Assembly: GCA_944326385.1 (NCBI GenBank)
Contig: CALVDT010000039.1
Location: 17,144-81,143, forward strand
DNA: 64,000 nucleotides
Source of the DNA: an uncultured Bacteroidales bacterium
GTDB taxonomy: Bacteria > Bacteroidota > Bacteroidia > Bacteroidales > UBA932
Direction: 5' to 3'
The translations under genes and the position numbers were made by a program. Shown one piece after another: positions 50,547-59,582 of the stretch (the stretch's first letter is position 1; each line of letters opens with the position of its first letter). The notes under the pieces were generated by a model. It was not told where the DNA came from, searched no databases, and worked only from the letters and a program-made list of their open reading frames with translations.

Positions 50547-51605
50547 ATGAAATTCACATTATTCTATATCACTGCAGTGCTTGCTGCTACCATGACATGC
50601 TGCTCTTGCGAAAACAGGACGGCAGATGGTTCCTCCGATGGAGATAAAGCCGTCACCGACGATTATTCCTGCATGGTGAGGTTCGTCAAGGAGGACTCTA
50701 AGGAATATTTCAACATAGCGGTCCGGGACCAGTACCGGGATTATATATGGTATGTATTCAGGGTCAACCATTACAAAGACCATTCAGGTATGAAGTACAT
50801 GGATCTCTGGCGCATCGACTGGGCGTACCAGGGCAGCTATGATGAACAGACGGGGGAAATGACCAATATCCTCGACAAGATCATCACCGACGGTGAGAGC
50901 GAGAGTGTGCTGAAGGACTACGGGCAGGGACTGAACACATCGGGCCATATAGATACCGATGATTTTACGGGCGGTTTCCATGGCGACGAAAGGATTGACA
51001 TTGAGGACGGGTGCGGAGTGACATTTTATATTGACGGGGAGGCATTGGCCGAAAAAGATATGGAGGAATCTTTTGAATGGAGGAAGTGCGACATCTTCAA
51101 GTATGAGCAGAAATCGACCATGCATAAGACAGCCTTGAAGTCCGGAGAGAATGGTGCGGCTGAGGAATCTGACCATCATATAATAGCAGACCATCACAAG
51201 ACCACAACATTCGGGAATTCCGGCTACATTACGGAGAACACCCTGACCATGCGTGATGAAATAGATTTCTACTGGTATTCCGGAATCTGCTGTGTGGGCA
51301 CTAATGTAGCTGTCATGGGATGCAACGAGGATATGGCGGCGGTGACATTCGACCGCTCAGGAGCCAACCGCCTTGACGGTACAGGCAAGTGCAGGTATAT
51401 GGCCTGGAATACGGACAAGGGTATAGAGGTCAATGTCGTGGCGAACATGACTGCGGGAGCCGACGACAGCCTGTGCAGGATGTTCGTATGGGATACCGGC
51501 AACTATGCCAAATTCTACAGGCGTTATCCGGCGAACGGAGCGTACAGGACAAGAGTCGGAGAGACGTTCTCTGCCATACAGACAGTCACATTCATGACGC
51601 GGTGA
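50547..51605 (+). CDS. Hypothetical lipoprotein
   Basis: Signal peptide ending TCCSC; operonic position between GH89 and the GH fusion; no family recognised. Confidence 0.7.
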   Translation: MKFTLFYITAVLAATMTCCSCENRTADGSSDGDKAVTDDYSCMVRFVKEDSKEYFNIAVRDQYRDYIWYVFRVNHYKDHSGMKYMDLWRIDWAYQGSYDEQTGEMTNILDKIITDGESESVLKDYGQGLNTSGHIDTDDFTGGFHGDERIDIEDGCGVTFYIDGEALAEKDMEESFEWRKCDIFKYEQKSTMHKTALKSGENGAAEESDHHIIADHHKTTTFGNSGYITENTLTMRDEIDFYWYSGICCVGTNVAVMGCNEDMAAVTFDRSGANRLDGTGKCRYMAWNTDKGIEVNVVANMTAGADDSLCRMFVWDTGNYAKFYRRYPANGAYRTRVGETFSAIQTVTFMTR

Positions 51606-51637
51606 TTCTGAAGTTTTACTGAAAAAGGAAGATTGTT

Positions 51638-54600
51638 ATGGGTATCAGACCGGCAGCAGCGACGTGGATCATTATCCTGTCGGCCGTATTGTTGTCTTCA
51701 TGCTCCGGAAATCCCGGTTCAGGTTCAGGAAAGAAAGTCTATGCCGATTATCATGGCGTGCGGTATACAAGGGAGCACGACGGGAAACTCGGCCGCTGGG
51801 AAATGCATGCCGATACAAGACAGTCGGCTACGGGGCGCAAGACATTGTGCTATAATGCGGATCTGGTCGACAGCACCGGAAGACATCAGATAGCGGCGCA
51901 GGCCTATCCGCAGGTCGGGATGCAGTCGAATCTCGATGAAGACTACATAGAATACCAGATACTTTCCGCGAAGTCTGCCGGTATAGACGGCTTTTTCATA
52001 GAGTGGGGCTATTCCCCGCATGAGAACGATGTCCTGCTCAAGGCCATGCAGAAAGTGGCATCGAAGTACGGTTTCGAGATCGGAGTGAACTGGTGTGACG
52101 GATGGTTGTATTACGACTGGATCACGAAGATTTATCCGGAAATCGATACCCGCGAGGAAAAGACCGCCTATATGGCGGATTGCTGGCAGTATCTGATAGA
52201 CAGTGTCTTCTCGGTGGCTACAACTCCTCTCGTGGACGGACATCCTGTCTTCTATCATTTCGGTGCGGGAGCGACTCCGGAAGAATTCCGTTCAGTCCTG
52301 GAAAAGGGTGTCGTTCCTGAAGGCATGAAAGCTCCTGTCGGACTGCACCGTTGGGCAGACTGGGGCAGGCTTGAGGATGGCATGTATGTGCCTGTTACCC
52401 GCAGCGATGAAATGGAAGCATGGAAACAGCTCGGGGAAACCCCCACCGCCTGGCTTCCTGCCCGGATCCGGCCTATGAATGAAGCGCATCCGTATTGGGA
52501 CAATTATGCCGAAGAACAGGATCTGATCGAATTCATGAAGCCGTTCCGGGATTCGATATGGCTCAGCCCGGATCCGGTTTATAAGGTCAAGTCCGGTTTT
52601 GTCATGCCCGGTATGGACAACAGAGGATGTGCAGGCTGGGGGCGCGGCCATTTCTTCTATATTCCGAGGAATGACGGCAGGACCTACGAGGATATGTGGA
52701 GGTTCTGTCTGGAGAGCCGGGACAGTCTTGACATGATATTCATAGCATCATGGAGTGACTATACGGAAGGGCACGAGATTGAACCTACCGAGGAGAATGG
52801 TGACCGTGAACTCAGGACCACGCTGGAATATGCTTCTGAATTCAAGGGTAGAGTAGCGGATGACCGTGGGCTTGCACTGCCGTTGGAACTGTTCCGGCTA
52901 AGGAAATCTGCCGCTTTTCTGGAGGCTTGCTGCGATGCTCCGGCATATGTCTGCGAGAATGCGGGTATATCAGGATTCAGGTCGGAAATTGACAGGGCGT
53001 CAGCTCTTCTTGACAAGGCCGGTGCCGCGATAGCCTCAGGGAAATACGGGAAGGCGGGGAGACTGCTTGACAGGGCTGAGGGTATATTGGACGGATTGGA
53101 CAGTAAAGTGCGGAGGCGGACCTTTGTGTATGACGGCCTCCATCACCCTGTGGACCTTCCTGAAAGAATGAGGAAGGAATTGGCTTCGCATCATTATACA
53201 GGATATCTTTCATTTGAATATATGGATGAGGGCAGGGATTATCTCTTTGTCCGTTCGTCCACGGACAAGTCTCCTGCCGGACTTTTCAGTACGGTGGCGA
53301 GAATAAGGACCGATGATACAGGTGTCTGGAAGCCTGCAAAGGTGGAACTTTACGGAGAGAACATAGCTTTGCGTGACGGGATCCCGGTGTTTTATTTCAG
53401 CGGAGACGTGGAAGTAAGGAATATTGCCCTGGAATATACTGTGTATTATCTGGATTCCGGTGATAAGGGGTCTGTCGAGAGAAAAGGAGACGTTTCGACA
53501 TTTGCAAGCGGGGGAATACGATATACTGTGTCTTTCCATTCTGAAAGCATCGTCCATATCCAGGCCCTGCCGGAGGGGGATACACTCGTTACAAGGCGGC
53601 TTGTGACAGATGTGGAGACATACGGGAGGTACAGCTGCAGGGAGACCGCGGACAGAATAGTGTTCGGCACATCAGATATTGAGGCGGTCTTCGACAAGGC
53701 TTCAGCCGCATTCATTTTCCGGGATGCAGGAACAGGGGAGGTGCTGCTTTCTGAATCAGACAGATATCTTGTCCCGTCCGAGGCAGGCGGTGAGGATTGT
53801 CTTGAGGTGAAGCAGTCATTCAGGTCTGCCGGAGACGAAGGTCTGTACGGGCTGGGACAATACCAGAACGGCATCATGGATTTCAGAGGCAGTTCCGTCC
53901 GTCTTGTCCATTCCAATATGGACATAGCGAATCCGTTTCTTGTGTCGACAAAAGGCTATGGCATATTGTGGGACAATTATTCGGCAACGGTATTCGATGA
54001 CAGGGACGGAGAGTACAGTTTCACGTCTGAGTCCGGTGATGCATCCGACTATTATTTCATTTATGGCGGGGACATGAACGGTGCCGTAACAGGGTACAGG
54101 GAGCTTACCGGCAAGGTGCCCATGTTCGGAAAATGGGCGTTTGGCTTCTGGCAGTCAAAGGAACGCTACAAGTCTTTCGATGAATTGTTTTCCGTCGTCA
54201 GGGAATACAGGTTACGGCGGATTCCTCTTGACAATATAGTCCAGGACTGGGAATACTGGGGAGACAAACCGCACTGGAATGCCCTGGAGTTCAATCCCGA
54301 GCATTTTCATGACCCGGAGGCTGCCATAGACAGTCTGCATTCATTGTACAATGTGCATTTCATGTTGTCCGTATGGCCGGGGTTCGGACCCGAGACCGAA
54401 GTGTTTCATTCTTTGGATTCGGCTGGCGCTCTGTTTGACGAACGTACCTGGGCCGGCTACAAGGTCTTCGACGTCTACAATCCTGAGGCGAGGGATATTT
54501 TCTGGAGATATTTCAAGAGCGGCTTGTTCGACAAAGGCGTGGATGCATGGTGGATGGATGCCACTGAACCTTCCTTCAGGGACGGTTTCACCCGGGAAAA

Positions 54601-55741
54601 GCAGGAAGAACGCACCAAGTCTGCGGGGATGACCCATATCGGAAGTTTCCATCGGTATCTGAACACCTATTCTCTTGAGATGATGAAGGACCTGTATCCC
54701 AGGCTTCTGTCGGCTGCTCCGGACAGGCGTCCTTTCATCTTCACCCGCTCTGCATTCGCTTCCCAGCAGAAATACGGTACAGCCGTCTGGTCAGGCGATG
54801 TGACAGGAACATGGGAGAATCTGCGCAGGCAGATAGCAGCCGGCCTGAATCTGTCCGTATCGGGTATTCCGTACTGGACATCGGACACAGGCGGTTTCTA
54901 TGTGTCCGGCAGGGATGGAATATATCCGGACGGACTTGAAGACGGGGAGTATAAGGAACTTTATCTGCGATGGTTCCAGTTCTCCGCGTTCACTCCTGTA
55001 TTCAGGGTTCACGGCACGGACATTCCACGAGAGGTGTGGCAGTTCGGAGAGCCGGGTTCCGTGTATTATGACAGCCAGGTGGAATATATACGGCTGCGAT
55101 ACCGCCTTCTGCCTTATATCTACTCAGTGTCCCGTATGGTGTCGGAGGATGGCTACTCCATGATGAGGCCTCTTGTCATGGATTTCACATCAGACAGGAA
55201 TGTCCGCAGGGTTGCTGATTCGTACATGTTCGGTCCTTCATTCCTGGTGCGTCCTGTGCTTGACCCGGTTTCGGAGAATCCGGAAGTGTCTGTATATCTT
55301 CCCGGGACCGGCCTGTGGTACGACTACCACACCGGCAGGATATGTCATGGTGGCAGCACCGATGTCCGTCCGAGCGTATTGCGGGAACTGCCCCTTTATG
55401 TCAAGGCCGGCTCCATAATACCATTGGCGGAGGTGAAACAATGGTCTTCTGAATATCCGGACACGTCATTGGAAGTGAGGGTCTATGCAGGGGCCGATGC
55501 ATCTTTCCTCTGGTATGATGACGAGGGAGACTCGTGGCGGTTTGAAGACGGGGCATTCTCCAAGGTAGAGCTGTCGTGGGATGACAGCCGCAGGACATTT
55601 ACAGCAGGCGAACGCCTTGGCAGGTATGACGGGATGCCTGAGACGGTGTCTCTGAAAGTGAAGGTGTGGCTGCCGTCAGGCGAGGTGATGACACAGGATA
55701 TGGAATATGCGGGACGGAAAGAGGTTCTCCGTTTCCGATGA
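51638..55741 (+). CDS. Fusion of a GH99/GH71-like endo-alpha-glycanase domain and a GH31 alpha-glycosidase
   Basis: N-half: AKSAGIDGFFIEW, VMPGMDNR and SWSDYTEGHEIEP. C-half: GLYGLGQYQ, WAFGFWQSKERY, IVQDW, WWMDATEP (nucleophile), VWSGDV, YWTSDTGGF and FRVHG. Confidence 0.85.
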   Translation: MGIRPAAATWIIILSAVLLSSCSGNPGSGSGKKVYADYHGVRYTREHDGKLGRWEMHADTRQSATGRKTLCYNADLVDSTGRHQIAAQAYPQVGMQSNLDEDYIEYQILSAKSAGIDGFFIEWGYSPHENDVLLKAMQKVASKYGFEIGVNWCDGWLYYDWITKIYPEIDTREEKTAYMADCWQYLIDSVFSVATTPLVDGHPVFYHFGAGATPEEFRSVLEKGVVPEGMKAPVGLHRWADWGRLEDGMYVPVTRSDEMEAWKQLGETPTAWLPARIRPMNEAHPYWDNYAEEQDLIEFMKPFRDSIWLSPDPVYKVKSGFVMPGMDNRGCAGWGRGHFFYIPRNDGRTYEDMWRFCLESRDSLDMIFIASWSDYTEGHEIEPTEENGDRELRTTLEYASEFKGRVADDRGLALPLELFRLRKSAAFLEACCDAPAYVCENAGISGFRSEIDRASALLDKAGAAIASGKYGKAGRLLDRAEGILDGLDSKVRRRTFVYDGLHHPVDLPERMRKELASHHYTGYLSFEYMDEGRDYLFVRSSTDKSPAGLFSTVARIRTDDTGVWKPAKVELYGENIALRDGIPVFYFSGDVEVRNIALEYTVYYLDSGDKGSVERKGDVSTFASGGIRYTVSFHSESIVHIQALPEGDTLVTRRLVTDVETYGRYSCRETADRIVFGTSDIEAVFDKASAAFIFRDAGTGEVLLSESDRYLVPSEAGGEDCLEVKQSFRSAGDEGLYGLGQYQNGIMDFRGSSVRLVHSNMDIANPFLVSTKGYGILWDNYSATVFDDRDGEYSFTSESGDASDYYFIYGGDMNGAVTGYRELTGKVPMFGKWAFGFWQSKERYKSFDELFSVVREYRLRRIPLDNIVQDWEYWGDKPHWNALEFNPEHFHDPEAAIDSLHSLYNVHFMLSVWPGFGPETEVFHSLDSAGALFDERTWAGYKVFDVYNPEARDIFWRYFKSGLFDKGVDAWWMDATEPSFRDGFTREKQEERTKSAGMTHIGSFHRYLNTYSLEMMKDLYPRLLSAAPDRRPFIFTRSAFASQQKYGTAVWSGDVTGTWENLRRQIAAGLNLSVSGIPYWTSDTGGFYVSGRDGIYPDGLEDGEYKELYLRWFQFSAFTPVFRVHGTDIPREVWQFGEPGSVYYDSQVEYIRLRYRLLPYIYSVSRMVSEDGYSMMRPLVMDFTSDRNVRRVADSYMFGPSFLVRPVLDPVSENPEVSVYLPGTGLWYDYHTGRICHGGSTDVRPSVLRELPLYVKAGSIIPLAEVKQWSSEYPDTSLEVRVYAGADASFLWYDDEGDSWRFEDGAFSKVELSWDDSRRTFTAGERLGRYDGMPETVSLKVKVWLPSGEVMTQDMEYAGRKEVLRFR

Positions 55742-55754
55742 CAAAAGATGATTT

Positions 55755-58421
55755 ATGAAAGCAGATTTACTTAAAAGCGTTATAATCCCGGTACTGATCT
55801 TCGTAAGCTCAGGTTCACATGCCGGAACAAGGACTGTCTATACGATCAATGAATCATGGGAATTCAGCAAGGAGGCTGCCGGGCCCGATGATGATTGCAG
55901 CTGGTCTGTCGTGGACATACCGCATACATGGAATGCCGGGGATGCGATGGATGATGAACCCGGAATGTACAGGGGCGGAGCCTGGTACCGCAAGGCTGTG
56001 CGGATACCGGCTGAAGCCGAAGGCAGGCGGACGGTGATATATTTCGAGGGAGCGAATCAGGAAGCCTCTCTTTATGTGAACGGCAGGCACGTCGGGGACC
56101 ATGTCGGAGGTTATACCCGTTTCTGCTTCGACATTACTGACTATATCGAGCCAGGTGTTCCGAACAGTTTCGCGGTCCATGTGACCAATAAGTACAATCC
56201 CGATATCCCGCCGTTGTCGGCGGACTTCACCTTCTTCGGAGGCATATACCGGGATGTCTTGCTGATGTCTCTTCCTCCGGTGCACATCTCCACCGATGAC
56301 TACGCTTCGTCAGGAGTATACATCAGGACTCCGGAAGTGAGTGGGGATGCTGCTTCTGTGGAGGTTACGGCGTTGGTCTCCAACGGTTCCGGAAAACCGG
56401 CCGATCTTATGGTGGAGTATGAGATAAGGGATGCCGGCAGCTTGTCGGTGGTTTCTGACATGCGTAGGGTCAGGATTCCGGTCGGGGAAACGTCTGAATG
56501 CGTTTCCGGTCTGCTCCGTGTTCCCGAGCCGCATTTGTGGGATATTGACGATCCGTACATGTACCGGATTTATACAAGGATATATGACAGGAAGACAGGC
56601 TGCCTTCTGGATGAGGTGGCAGAGCCTCTTGGCCTCCGCTGGTACAGTTTTGATCCGGAAAAGGGCTTTTTCCTGAATGGGAAGCACAGGAAACTGACAG
56701 GGACTGCCAGACATCAGGATTTCCTGGGTATCGGCAATGCTCTCAGGGATGAGTATCATGTGCAGGATGTGCTGCTGCTGAAGAAAATGGGCGGGAATTT
56801 CCTACGTGTCTCGCATTATCCGCAGGATCCGGCAGTCATGGACATGTGCGACAAGCTCGGGATTGTGACCTCTGTCGAGATTCCCGTGATCAATGCCGTC
56901 ACTGAGTCCGAATCTTTTCTGGACAATGCTGTCGCAATGGCGGTAGAGATGGTCCGGCAGGATTTCAACCGTCCGAGCGTGATGATTTGGGGCTACATGA
57001 ATGAAATATTGCTGCGTCAGCCATATCCAGACGGTGACACGGTGGATCTGCCGCGCTATTATGAATTTACAAGAAAGGTGGCGCAAGCCCTTGAGGATAC
57101 CATCAGGGCCGAGGATCCATCCAGATACACGATGATGGCCTGCCATAATGCACCGTTCCGTTATGAGGCTGCCGGACTTACTGAGATACCGATGATTCTT
57201 GCATGGAATCTGTATCAGGGCTGGTATGAGCCGGATATTGATGAGTTTCAGAGACTCCTGGACAGAGCTCATGATGTGTACAAGGGCAAGTCGCTGATTG
57301 TCAGTGAATATGGTCCTGGTGTTGATGTCCGTGTGCATTCATATTCTCCGGAGCGGTTCGATTTCTCTCAGGAATACGGACTTTTGCTGCACAGGCATTA
57401 TATCAGGGAAATATCCGCCCGTCCTTTCATAGCAGGTTCGAGCATCTGGAATCTGAACGATTTCTATTCGGAACCGCGCGTGGATACCAATCCTCATGTC
57501 AACAACAAGGGGCTTCTTGGTCTTGACCGGGAGAAGAAGGATGTCTATCTGTTCTATTCGGCATTGCTTTCGGATCAGCCGTATCTTCGTATCGGGAACA
57601 GGGAGTGGAAGGCCCGGGGAGGGGTCTCGGATACTGCTTCGGGAGTATGCCTGCAGTCAGTGCCGGTCTTTTCCAATGCTTCCGATGTGGAGCTGAGAGT
57701 CAACGGGAAAAGCCTCGGCATAAAGCCTGTGAAGGAGGCTTGCGTCTTCTTCGATGTCCCGTTTGCCGACGGTGAGAATGAGCTTGAGGCCAGAGTCCCG
57801 GGTACTGGGCAGTGTGACCGTCTTGTCGTGGATTTCCAGGCTGTGCCGGAAATGCTTGACGGGGATTTCCGGCAGCTGAATGTGATGCTCGGTTCTCTCC
57901 GTTATTTCGATGACAGATATGCAGACGTGGCATGGATTCCGGAGAAAGAGTATGTCCCTGGCAGCTGGGGCTATGTCGGTGGAACGCCTTATCGCAGGCC
58001 GACGGATTTCGGCACTATGCCGGGGTCTGATCTCGATATTCTGGGCACTGACCAGGATCCGCTTTTCCAGACACAGCGTCGTGGGATAGAGTCGTTCAGG
58101 GCAGATGTCCCGGACGGGCAATATTCCGTATATCTGTATTGGTCCGAATTGGATTCCGATATGGAGCGTGAAGCTCTGGCATACAATCTCGGTGCTGATG
58201 CCGTGTCCTCAGGAGAATCTTCCGCAAGGTCTTTCGATTTGTCCATAAACGGGCTGAAGGTACTTGATGATTTCAATATTGCGGAAGAGTGCGGTGCCGC
58301 ACGTCCTGTCATCAGGAAATTTGTGGTCGAAGTCAGTGACGGGGCAGGTCTTTCTGTGGATTTCGGCAGCCGTCAGGGTGAAACCGCCTTGAATGCGATA
58401 CGTATCTACCGGAATTATTAG
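55755..58421 (+). CDS. GH2 beta-glycosidase with a C-terminal malectin-like domain
   Basis: HVGGYTRF, ADFTFFGGIYR, RVSHYPQ, WGYMNEI, VSEYG and a malectin-like DPLFQTQRRG...GQYSVYLYWSE segment. Confidence 0.92.
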   Translation: MKADLLKSVIIPVLIFVSSGSHAGTRTVYTINESWEFSKEAAGPDDDCSWSVVDIPHTWNAGDAMDDEPGMYRGGAWYRKAVRIPAEAEGRRTVIYFEGANQEASLYVNGRHVGDHVGGYTRFCFDITDYIEPGVPNSFAVHVTNKYNPDIPPLSADFTFFGGIYRDVLLMSLPPVHISTDDYASSGVYIRTPEVSGDAASVEVTALVSNGSGKPADLMVEYEIRDAGSLSVVSDMRRVRIPVGETSECVSGLLRVPEPHLWDIDDPYMYRIYTRIYDRKTGCLLDEVAEPLGLRWYSFDPEKGFFLNGKHRKLTGTARHQDFLGIGNALRDEYHVQDVLLLKKMGGNFLRVSHYPQDPAVMDMCDKLGIVTSVEIPVINAVTESESFLDNAVAMAVEMVRQDFNRPSVMIWGYMNEILLRQPYPDGDTVDLPRYYEFTRKVAQALEDTIRAEDPSRYTMMACHNAPFRYEAAGLTEIPMILAWNLYQGWYEPDIDEFQRLLDRAHDVYKGKSLIVSEYGPGVDVRVHSYSPERFDFSQEYGLLLHRHYIREISARPFIAGSSIWNLNDFYSEPRVDTNPHVNNKGLLGLDREKKDVYLFYSALLSDQPYLRIGNREWKARGGVSDTASGVCLQSVPVFSNASDVELRVNGKSLGIKPVKEACVFFDVPFADGENELEARVPGTGQCDRLVVDFQAVPEMLDGDFRQLNVMLGSLRYFDDRYADVAWIPEKEYVPGSWGYVGGTPYRRPTDFGTMPGSDLDILGTDQDPLFQTQRRGIESFRADVPDGQYSVYLYWSELDSDMEREALAYNLGADAVSSGESSARSFDLSINGLKVLDDFNIAEECGAARPVIRKFVVEVSDGAGLSVDFGSRQGETALNAIRIYRNY

Positions 58422-58446
58422 CCCTCCACGGCCACCTTTTTTGCTG

Positions 58447-58606
58447 CGACCACTACCACTTTCCACGAGGTACCGGTACTGGTTGTGTCGCGTCTGCTGC
58501 GACCACTACCATTTTTGCTGTGATATTGGTACTGGTCGGTGATATTTTGTTACGACCACTACCACTTTTGCTGTGATTTTGGTACTGGTCGGCGATGATT
58601 TGCTGC
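58447..58606. repeat. 53-bp palindromic tandem repeat array B (3 units), same orientation as array A
   Basis: Units start at 58447, 58500 and 58553 with the same CGACCACTACC-N17-GGTACTGGTYG-N14 layout. Confidence 0.92.
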
Positions 58607-58625
58607 GGTGTCTGTTATGGATATG

Positions 58626-58671
58626 AAAAGAGGGGTGACCCGCATAGTCGAGTTACCCCCCCCCCTCTTTT
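58626..58671 (-). terminator. Intrinsic terminator after sod-rubredoxin, possibly bidirectional
   Basis: Minus-strand stem GGGGTAACTCG / CGGGTCACCCC followed by TCTTTT; flanked by AAAAGAGGGG / CCCCTCTTTT. Confidence 0.6.
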
Positions 58672-58682
58672 GTAAAGGCGCG

Positions 58683-58844
58683 TTATTCTGCCACCTTGAA
58701 ATCTTCTTTGCCTACACCGCAGAGAGGGCATACCCAATCGGCAGGGAGGTCTTCGAAAGCTGTTCCGGGTTCAATCCCGCTGTCAGGATCACCCACTGCA
58801 GGATCGTATTCGTATCCGCAGACGATGCAAATGTACTTTTTCAT
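58683..58844 (-). CDS. Rubredoxin (53 aa; absent from the ORF track)
   Basis: Translated by hand: [53 protein letters not shown], with two CxxCG motifs. Confidence 0.96.
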   Translation of the reverse strand: MKKYICIVCGYEYDPAVGDPDSGIEPGTAFEDLPADWVCPLCGVGKEDFKVAE

Positions 58845-58900
58845 ATTCCGTTGAATTGTAGTTTGTAAAAAAATGCAGGTAGGTCAGGACTGCCGGCGCA

Positions 58901-59473
58901 TCAAAGCCGTCCGGCCACCTTCTTCCAATCTATTATGTCCCACAAGGCTTCAAGATAGGCAGCCCTGCGGTTCCTGTAGTCGATGTAGTAGGCATGTTCC
59001 CAGACATCCACGGTGAGAAGAGGCTTCAGTCCCTGGGTCATGGGGTTCTCGGCATTCTGTGTCTGGGTTATCACCAGGTTCTCTTCCTTGTCTTCGCACA
59101 GCCATGCCCATCCGGAGCCGAACAGAGTCGCCGCTGCCTTTATGAAGTCTGCCTTGAAGTCAGCCGTGGAGCCGAATGCCTTCACGATCTTCTCTTCCAG
59201 GATTTCCGGCATTTCCGTGCCGCCTGGTACAAGGGTCTGGAAATAGAAATCATGGTTCCACGCCTGAGCGGCATTGTTGAAGACAGCGCCACCGGCTTTC
59301 ATGACTATCTCATCTATCTCCATGTCCTCGTATGGGGAATCCTCGACAAGCTTGTTCAGATTGTCAATGTAGGTCTGGAAGTGCTTCCCGTAATGGTATT
59401 CTATGGTTTCGGCGCTCAATACAGGTGAGAGTGCGTCGTGAGGATAAGGTAACTCCGGTATAGAATGGATCAT
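58901..59473 (-). CDS. sod: Fe/Mn superoxide dismutase
   Basis: HYGKH, NNAAQAWNH, FGSGWAW and DVWEHAYY. Confidence 0.96.
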   Translation of the reverse strand: MIHSIPELPYPHDALSPVLSAETIEYHYGKHFQTYIDNLNKLVEDSPYEDMEIDEIVMKAGGAVFNNAAQAWNHDFYFQTLVPGGTEMPEILEEKIVKAFGSTADFKADFIKAAATLFGSGWAWLCEDKEENLVITQTQNAENPMTQGLKPLLTVDVWEHAYYIDYRNRRAAYLEALWDIIDWKKVAGRL

Positions 59474-59521
59474 ATTGGATGGAATTTAGTAATGTTCAGC
59501 TGTCTCATATGTGAGAAATAA

Positions 59522-59540
59522 CAAAGATATAATAAATTTG
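59522..59540. promoter_or_regulatory. Divergent -7 boxes for sod (minus) and the TonB receptor (plus)
   Basis: CAAAGATA at 59522-59529 (TATCTTTG on minus) and TAAATTTG at 59533-59540. Confidence 0.55.
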
Positions 59541-59582
59541 CAAACTGTATATGCATTTTCGTAAAAAGACAGAATACTTGTT

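Noticed and set aside
58656-58665. C10 homopolymer as a phase-variation tract
   Set aside because: It is intergenic, lies within a terminator-like hairpin between convergent units, and has no promoter or CDS to switch.
58608-58868. 86-aa plus-strand ORF
   Set aside because: It is antisense to a clear rubredoxin gene and its terminator.
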